Under the pieces are notes generated by a model. The model was not told where the DNA came from. It saw only the letters and a program-made list of their open reading frames with translations, and searched no databases. Both the position numbers and the translations under genes were made by a program. This document shows, one piece after another, positions 52,679 to 64,000 of a stretch of 64,000 bases of DNA; position 1 is the stretch's first letter; each line of letters begins with the position of its first letter. The stretch comes from an uncultured Thermoleophilia bacterium (GTDB taxonomy: Bacteria > Actinomycetota > Thermoleophilia > UBA2241). Where the stretch lies: contig CAVPQD010000041.1 of NCBI GenBank assembly GCA_963707335.1, positions 22,681-86,680 of the forward strand, in the 5' to 3' direction.

Positions 52679-53869
52679 TCAGGCGTCGGCGCTCGGGCGT
52701 CGTCGCGTGCCCGTCGCCGATGGCGCTGTCCACGACGCCGCGCGCGTCGCTCGGCCAGCGCTCGAAACGCAGGCGCGGCCGCAGGAACGCGTAGGTCTCC
52801 TTGAACAGCGGGATGAGCGGGATGGCGACGAGCGCGCCGGTGATGCCGTGGATCTCGCCGCCGGCCAGGATCGCGAAGATGACGACCAGCGGGTGCACCC
52901 TGAAGCGGCTGCCCATGATGACGGGCACGAGGATGTGGCCCTCGACCTCCTGGATGAGGACGAACGCGATGATGACCCACAGCGCCGCGAGGGGCGAGTC
53001 GAAGACCGCGACGAGCGTGGGCGGCACCGCGGCGAGCACGGGGCCGAGGTAGGGGATGGCCTCCATGAGCCCGGCCCAGACCCCGAAGAAGAGGGCGTAG
53101 CGGGCGCCGTTCGGGAAGGCGCCGACCAGGCTCAGCAGCCACATGGCCAGCCCGACGCTGGCGCCGAGCGCGGCCGACAGCAGCAGCTGCGCCTTGATGT
53201 AGTCGACGACGGCGCCTCTTGGCGCGCTGCACGTACTCCTCGCCGTCCGCGCGGCTGCCGGTCGGGAAGTGGCGCGGCCACGGACCGCCCGATGCGCGGG
53301 CCGTGCAGGAGCATGTAGATGGAGATCACGATGATGATGATGAGCACGGTCACCTGGCGCACGACGGTGACCCCGATGTCGACGACGTTGGCCGTGAACT
53401 GCGGGATGCGGGCCGCCAGGGCGTTCAGGGCGTTGCGCGATCTGCTCGGCGCACGTCGATGCCGAGTTGGTGCGGTCCGCCAGGCGCTGCAGGCGGGCGA
53501 TGGTCACGCTCGCCTCGTCGGCCATCCCGGGCAGCGCCGCCGACAGGGTGCGCAGCTGCCGCACGAGCGGCGGCCACAGGATCACCGCCGACGAGCGCCA
53601 CGACGGCGACGAACGCCAGGTAGACGAGGAACACGCCGACGTAGCGGGGCACGCGCACGCGCTCCAGGCCGTGCACCAGCGGGTTGAGGACGAGGGCGAT
53701 CAGGCCGCGCGACCAGGAAGATGAAGATCACCTGGCCGATGGCGCTCATGGTGAACCAGGCGATGATCAGCAGCACCGGGAGCACGGCCAGCTGCACCCA
53801 GCGGGGGATGAAGACGACGCCCGGCCGGTGCTCGCCGTGCTGTTCGCTGCTCGTGCTCTGCTCGCTCAC
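52679..53869 (-). CDS. AI-2E (PerM) family transporter, frameshifted
   Basis: 'ALVLNPLV', 'YIKAQLL', 'IPYLGP', '[15 protein letters not shown]...[14 protein letters not shown]'. Confidence 0.9.
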
Positions 53870-53970
53870 GTCGTCAGGGAGTTCGGCGCGGGCGGGGCGA
53901 AGCCTGCCGCCGCCCGCGCCGCTGCGGCACGTGCATGCCGCGGCAGGTTTGCGCGTGACGCCGCCCCGGT

Positions 53971-54004
53971 CATAAAGTTGATAGCAAGCGACTCAAGTTT
54001 TATG
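53971..54004 (+). promoter_or_regulatory. HAIR-like operator (HspR-associated inverted repeat) upstream of dnaK
   Basis: CATAAAGTTGATAGCAAGCGACTCAAGTTTTATG has a perfect ACTCAAG half-site and a degenerate left arm of CTTGAGT-N7-ACTCAAG; hspR is in the operon. Confidence 0.75.
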
Positions 54005-54040
54005 CTTTGGGCTGCACCAATCCCCAAGGAGGACAAGTAC

Positions 54041-55950
<1,910 letters not shown>

Positions 55951-56015
55951 GGGCGACGGCGGGCGAGGCGACGCCGGCGCCGCCTGCCGGCCCTGGACAG
56001 AGGAGGTGTCTATCC

Positions 56016-56472
56016 ATGGCGATCATCAGATGGGACCCGTTCCGCGAGATGACCCAGGTCCAGAACCAGTTCAACCGGCTGGTGGACCAGGTCTGGGGCG
56101 GGCGGCAGGAGAGCTGGCTGCCGGCGGTCGACGTCTTCGACAGGCAAGGACGCCGTCGTGCTCAAGGCCGAGCTCGCCGGCATGGACCCCGACGACATCG
56201 AGATCGAGGTCGAGGACAACGTGCTCACCATCAAGGGCGAGCGCAAGTTCGAGGAGCAGGTCGAGGACGAGCGCTACTACCGCGTCGAGCGCCGCTTCGG
56301 CAGCTTCCAGCGCAGCCTCGCGCTGCCGCAGGGCGTCAAGGCCGACGAGATCCAGGCCGGCTACGAGGACGGCATCCTCACGGTCACCGTACCGAAGGCC
56401 GAGGAGGAGAAGCCGAAGCGCATCGAGGTCAAGGCCAAGAAGACGGTCGAGGCCGGCAAGAGCGAGGCGTGA
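56016..56472 (+). CDS. Small heat shock protein Hsp20, frameshifted
   Basis: 'RWDPFREM', 'PAVDV', 'LTIKGERK', '[14 protein letters not shown]', '[12 protein letters not shown]'. Confidence 0.93.
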
Positions 56473-56489
56473 GCGGGCGGCGATGAAAC

Positions 56490-56526
56490 GAGTGGGGCGG
56501 CGCGGCGCCGCCGCGCCGCCCCACTC
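56490..56526. terminator. Intra-operon hairpin between hsp20 and grpE
   Basis: GAGTGGGGCGGCGCGGCG-c-CGCCGCGCCGCCCCACTC. Confidence 0.55.
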
Positions 56527-56550
56527 ATACCACGGAGTGACCACAGCGAC

Positions 56551-57170
56551 ATGACGGACAGGAAGCACACGAAACGCGACGACGCGCAGGACGCCGCGGC
56601 CGACGCCGCCGCGCAGGGCGCCGCGGCCGACGCCGCCGCGCAGGCCGCCGAGGCCGTCGAGGCGGCCGGGCAGGACGACGCCGTCGCGCCGGAGACCGAG
56701 GCCGCGCCGCAGGACGGACGACGAGCTCGCCAGGGTCGATCGCCGAGCGCGACGAGTACCTCGACCACCTGCGCCGGCTCAAGGCCGAGTTCGAGAACTA
56801 CCGCAAGCGCGTGCAGCGCGACAACGAGGAGCTGCGGCTGCGCGCCGCCGAGACCGTCGTCGAGTCCCTGCTGCCGGTCATGGACAACATGGACCGCGCG
56901 CTCGAGGCGGCCGCGCAGGCACGAGGAGGGCCAGCTGCTGGCCGGCGTCGAGCTCGTCGCCGGCCAGCTGCGCGGCACGCTGGCGGGCCACGGTCTCGAG
57001 GAGATCGACGTCGAGCCGGGCACGCTCGTTCGACCCCACGCTCCACGAGGCCGTCCTGGCGCAGGACCATCGACGAGTACGACGAGGGCACGGTGGCCCA
57101 GGTGCTGGAGCGCGGCTACCTGCTGCACGGCAGGCTGCTGCGTCCGGCCAAGGTCATCGTGGCCAGGTAG
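56551..57170 (+). CDS. grpE: Nucleotide exchange factor GrpE, frameshifted
   Basis: '[12 protein letters not shown]', '[11 protein letters not shown]', 'FDPTLHEAV', '[14 protein letters not shown]'. Confidence 0.93.
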
Positions 57171-57178
57171 CGGCGGAG

Positions 57179-58326
57179 ATGACCGACTTCTACCAGACGC
57201 TCGGCGTCTCCAAGAACGCCTCGCAGGACGAGATCAAGAAGGCGTTCCGCAAGCTCGCGCGCCAGTATCACCCGGACAAGAACCCCGGCGACAAGGCGGC
57301 GGAGGAGAAGTTCAAGGAGGTCAACCAGGCCTACGAGACGCTCTCCGACCCCGAGAAGCGCAAGCAGTACGACGAGCTCAGCCGGCTCGGCGCCTTCGGC
57401 CCGGGGCCCGGCGGCGGCTTCCGCCCGGGAGCCGGCGGGCGTTCCAGGGCTTCGACCCGCGCATGTTCGGGCAGGGACAGGGCGGCGCGCAGTTCGACAT
57501 GGGCGACCTGGGCGACATCCTCGGCAACCTGTTCGGCGGCGCGGCGGGCGGCGCGCGGCGCGGCCGGCGCAGGCCGCCGAGCGCGGCGCCGACCTGCAGG
57601 TCGACGTGACGGTGTCGTTCGACGACTCGCTGAACGGCGTCGAGGTGCGCGTGCCCGGTCGAGAAGCCGGACACCTGCGAGCACCTGCCACGGCAGCGGC
57701 GCCAAGCCGGGCACGACGCCGAAGATCTGCCCGGAGTGCGAGGGCCGCGGCGTGGTCGCTCACAACCAGGGGCCGTTCGCGCTGTCGCAGCCGTGCCCCA
57801 CGCTGTCACGGCCAGGGCACGATCATCGAGCAGCCCGTGCGCCACGTGCCGCGGCACGGGCGTGCAGAGCAGGACGCGCCGGCTACAACGTCAAGATCCC
57901 GGCCGGCGTCAAGGACGGCACGCAAGCATCAAGCATCAAGGGCAAGGGCGAGGCCGGCCTGCGCGGCGGCCCGGCCGGCGACCTCTACGTCGTCGTGCAC
58001 GTCGAGCCGGACGACGCTGTTCGAGCGCCGCGGCGACGACCTCGTGGTCGAGGTGCCGGTCACGGTGGCCGAGGCGGCGCTCGGCGCGACCGTCAAGGTC
58101 CCGACGCCGGGCGGCGGCCGCGTGTCGCTCAAGGTGCCGGCCGGCAGCCAGGACGGGCGCACGCTGCGCGTGCGCGGCAAGGGCGCGCCCAGGCTCAAGG
58201 GCGGGCACGGCGACCTGCTGGTGCGGCTGCGCGTCGACGTGCCCGCGCAAGCTGACAAGGACCAGAAGCAGCTGTTCGAGAAGCTCGGCGGCGACGCTCG
58301 CCGACCCGCGCTCGACGGCTGACTGA
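57179..58326 (+). CDS. dnaJ: Chaperone DnaJ, frameshifted
   Basis: J domain with HPD, G/F region, four CxxCxGxG repeats, 'GPAGDLYV'. Confidence 0.95.
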
Positions 58327-58360
58327 GCCGCAGCTGACGACCGACGGCGGAGACCCGGTC

Positions 58361-58800
58361 ATGAGCCAGCGACGACGACAGCGACAGACCGCTCTTCATG
58401 ATCTCGGTGGCGGCCGAGCTCGCCGGCATGCACCCGCAGACGCTGCGCATGTACGAGCGGCGCGGGCTGCTGCGGCCGCAGCGGACGGCCAAGAACACGC
58501 GCCGCTACTCGCAGCGCGACGTGGAGCGGCTGCGCCGCATCCAGGAGCTCACCGAGCTCGGCCTCAACCTGGCCGGCGTGGAGCGCGTGCTCGCCATGGA
58601 GGAGCAGCTCGACGTCATGCGCGCGCGAGCTGCAGCTGCTGCAGGCGCAGCTGAGCGAGGTCGACCAGCCGCCATGCGCCGCGAGGTCGAGCGCTCGAGC
58701 GCATGCCGCACCGGCATGGACTCGTGCCCGTGTCCGCGCCGGATCGTGCGCTCGGGCCGCCGCCGGCCGGCACGCCGGGCCCGCGACGCCCGCGACAGCT
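58361..58800 (+). CDS. hspR: MerR-family heat shock repressor HspR, frameshifted
   Basis: '[33 protein letters not shown]...GLNLAGV'; follows dnaJ; end approximate. Confidence 0.92.
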
Positions 58801-58824
58801 CTGCAGGAACGAGAGCAAGCAAGC

Positions 58825-61267
<2,443 letters not shown>

Positions 61268-61270
61268 TGG

Positions 61271-61541
61271 GTGACGATGCGGAAGGGACGGACTCTGCTC
61301 TACGGTGGCGTCGTGGGCGCGGCGCTCGGCGTCGTGCTGGCGCCGCGCCTCGGCGAGTCACGCCGCACGGCGCTCACCCGGCTGCGGCTGGCGATGCGCA
61401 CGGGCCGCGGCTCGCTGGCCGGCTTCGCCGGCACGCCGTGCTCGACGGCCGGCCCCACCTCCGCACAGGCGGAGGAGGCGACGGCCTGGCCGCACGGCCG
61501 CAGCGGCGCGCGCCCTCCGCGCCGACCGACGCACCGCCTAG
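61271..61541 (+). CDS. Small YtxH-like membrane-anchored protein
   Basis: '[21 protein letters not shown]'; end rebuilt across a frameshift. Confidence 0.45.
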
Positions 61542-61555
61542 CTGAAGGGGGACGG

Positions 61556-61870
61556 ATGGCCGAGAACCGCGACGACGCAGGCGATGCGCGTCGACATCGG
61601 CTTCAAGGAGCTCGAGATCGTCGCCTACATCGGCGACTTCAAGATCGTCGGCTTCGCGCACTTCGGCGTGGGCACAGCGCGCCAGCTCACGACGCGCCTC
61701 GGACTACATCCGGGCGTTCAGCGACAGTCGCGCATCACGCTCTCCCGGGTGCGCATCTACAGCCAGGACCACCCAGGAGCTGCTCGGAGACGGCCCCGTT
61801 CATCATCCTCAATCTGGACAAGGTCGACTTCCTCTACGCGCGCGACGACGAGGAGACGGCCCCGGACTGA
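61556..61870 (+). CDS. Small hypothetical protein, frameshifted
   Basis: GAAGGGGG RBS + ATG; 'IVAYIGDFKIVGFAHF', 'TAPFIILNLDKVDFLY'. Confidence 0.55.
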   Translation: MAENRDDAGDARRHRLQGARDRRLHRRLQDRRLRALRRGHSAPAHDAPRTTSGRSATVAHHALPGAHLQPGPPRSCSETAPFIILNLDKVDFLYARDDEETAPD

Positions 61871-61917
61871 CGCGCTCGGCGGCACGCCGCGAGTGCCCCG
61901 AGCCTCAGGAGACCGCC

Positions 61918-62608
61918 ATGTATCGGATCGACCTGCTGATCCCCACGGCGCGCTTCGTGTTCAGCGTCGAGGGCGACGCCGTCGACGTGCTGCCCGAGCA
62001 TCGCTCGCCGGAGGCCTTCGGACAGTACCGCGCAGTGGGCGGCCACCAGGCCGGTGGTCGGCATGACCACGTTCCCCAACACGGTGCTGCTCCGCGGGCC
62101 GCGCACGATCCTCGTCGACCCCGGTCTCCACCTGCAGAACGCGCCCGTGCTGCGGGCGCTCGAGGCGCGCGGCCTCTCGCCGGCGGACGTGGACCAGGTG
62201 GTGCTGACGCACGCGCACCTCGATCACGCCGGCGCCTGCGCCGACGTGCTGGTGCCGGTCACGGTCCACGGCTCGAGACGCGGGCGGCCGTACTGGCCGC
62301 TCGTCGGCGGCGTGCTCGAGCTGCTCCCGCTCAGCCTGCTCGAGGGTGAGGAGGGCGAGCTGGCGCCGGGCCTGCGGTGGGCGCTCACGCCCGGCCACTG
62401 CGACGGGTCACATCAGCCTGTGCGTCGAGACCGCGGAGGGGCCGCAGGTGCTGTGCGGCGACACCATCGGCCCGTCCCGGACGGCGTTCGACGCCATGGC
62501 GCCGGCCGGCCCGGACGGCCGCGGAGCTGCTCGCCTCATGGCGGCGCATCCGCGCCTGGCGACCCGGCGCGCATCATCGCCGGCCACCTGCCGCCGTTCG
62601 CGCCGTGA
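61918..62608 (+). CDS. Metallo-beta-lactamase fold hydrolase, frameshifted
   Basis: 'ILVDPG', 'THAHLDHAG', 'TPGHC.GH', 'CGD', 'IIAGH'. Confidence 0.85.
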
Positions 62609-62680
62609 GCCGCCGCGCCGCGGCTGCAGCCGGGCGCTGTGCTACACTAACTGCTCCGTGATCCGCAAGGAGTCTTCTGC

Positions 62681-63007
62681 GTGCCTATCTACGAGTATCA
62701 GTGTGACGACTGCGGGACCTCGTTCGAGGTCATGCAGAAGATGAGCGACGACGCCCTGGACGTGTGCGAGCAGTGCGGCGGTCACCTGCGCAAGGTGCTG
62801 CATCCGGTGGCCATCCACTTCAAGGGGTCCGGCTTCTACACCACGGACTACGGGCGCGGCTCCGGCCGCCGCGGCCGGCGCGCAAGGACGGCGCCGGCGC
62901 GGACGGCGAGAGCTCGTCCGGCGGCCAGTCCTCCGCACGGCGCCGCGGCCGAGCCCGCCAAGCCCGCCGGCGACGGCAAGCCGAAGGAGAGCAAGGCGGC
63001 CACCTGA
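62681..63007 (+). CDS. FmdB family zinc ribbon protein
   Basis: 'MPIYEYQCDDCG..FE...C..CGG...FKGSGFYTTDY'. Confidence 0.9.
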   Translation: MPIYEYQCDDCGTSFEVMQKMSDDALDVCEQCGGHLRKVLHPVAIHFKGSGFYTTDYGRGSGRRGRRARTAPARTARARPAASPPHGAAAEPAKPAGDGKPKESKAAT

Positions 63008-63026
63008 GGCCGCCTTGCGCGCGGGG

Positions 63027-64000
63027 ATGGACGGGAGCAGCCAGCCGGCGGTAGCGGGCAGCCGCCCAGCGACGGACTCCCTGCGCAAGGCGCGCACCAC
63101 GCTGCGCAGCCTCGTCGAGCGACAGCCCCTCCCGGCTGCCGTCCCTCAACCTGGTCGCCGACGCCATCCGGCTCGAGCTGGAGAAGCGCGGCAAGGTGGC
63201 GCTCCTCTACGTCAGCCTCGACCGCTACGGCCGCCTGGAGCCGATCTTCGGCTGGCGCATCGTCGCGCGACATCCTCGACGCGGTGGCCAGCCAACCTCA
63301 ACGGCATGACGGGCAGCAGCCTGCGCCGCCTCGACGTGGTGAGCGACTTCACGCTCACCGACGACGCCTTCATCGTGCTGCTGTCGCCGCCGCGGTCCGC
63401 GCCAGACGATCGCGCCGACGACCTGGCCGCGGTGACGCGGCGCGTGTACGAGCGCCTGCAGTCGCTGCTCCTCAACGACCTCGCGCCGGGCGTGTACGAC
63501 CGCGTGCACCCCTCCGTCGGCGCGGCCATCCTGGAGGCCGACGATGAGCTCACCTTCGAGCAGAACCTGCAGCAGGGCGTGGCCCTGGCCATGCAGGCCG
63601 CGGCCGAGCAGGCGGCGGTCTACGACGCGCGAGCTGGAGACAGACGCTCGCCGATTGCGTCGAGCGCGCCGAGCTCGAGCCGCTGTTCGAGCCCATCGTG
63701 GACCTCGACGGCGAGGCCGTGCTCGGCTACCGCAGCAGCGTGCGCGGGCCCTTCTACTCGCCGCTGCGGCTCCCGGACGTGCTGCTCGACGTCGCGCGCC
63801 ACTCGCCGCTGCTGCCGTCCTACGGCATCGCCGCGCGCGAGGCCACCGTGACCGCGGCGGTCGGGCTGCGTGCCCGACGACCTGCTCTTCCTCGGCTGCG
63901 CCGCCGGCCGAGCTGCCCAACGCCGCCGTGGTCGCCGTCAGCGAGTTCTACTCGCTCAACAAGGCCCTGGTGCCGCAGCACGTGGTGTTCGAGATCGACG
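63027..64000 (+). CDS. Degenerate GGDEF-like + EAL domain protein (partial, frameshifted)
   Basis: 'ALLYVSLDRYG', 'DDAFIVLL', then EAL-like 'LEPLFEPIVDL...LGYRSSVRGP', 'VVFEI'; runs off the window edge. Confidence 0.65.

Noticed and set aside
56587-56645. 27-bp tandem repeat
   Set aside because: Encodes the low-complexity Ala-rich N-terminus of GrpE
61271-61870. Single 199 aa ORF
   Set aside because: Better explained as two small genes, since a second RBS + ATG lies at 61556

Overview
This is a high-GC chromosomal segment, most likely from a deep-branching, probably anaerobic actinobacterium (Thermoleophilia-like). That placement is inferred from the HspR/HAIR heat-shock operon and the fhaA-fhaB-pstP-rodA-pbpA-pknB cluster occurring together with Firmicutes-like tmk-holB-ricT, Asp23 and two multiheme cytochromes. 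Most genes from about 8.8 kb onward are broken by many single-base indels, including essential ones, so I read these as assembly/sequencing errors. CDSs were rebuilt by joining frame fragments and their ends are approximate. In order, the window holds: an accessory block ending at the tRNA-Ser 3' end (MmpL-like transporter, small conserved protein, YCF48/BNR beta-propeller surface protein, 7-heme lipoprotein cytochrome); serS, an L,D-transpeptidase, pheA and tRNA-Leu; the Ser/Thr kinase-cell wall cluster; transporters; topA-tmk-holB-ricT-copZ and tRNA-Lys; an inositol-phospholipid/glycolipid locus; rlmD; a class-III aminotransferase; a 9-heme secreted cytochrome; dnaK-hsp20-grpE-dnaJ-hspR-clp; and a degenerate GGDEF/EAL gene. 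The best leads are (1) a possible monoderm extracellular electron transfer kit whose 9-heme gene has a long structured 5' leader, (2) the inositol-lipid locus with an AUR1-like PAP2 enzyme, a GT4-PHP fusion, a degenerate UDG-fold protein and a presenilin-like protease, and (3) a TopA that looks euryarchaeal. I saw no CRISPR array, rRNA, integrase or transposase.
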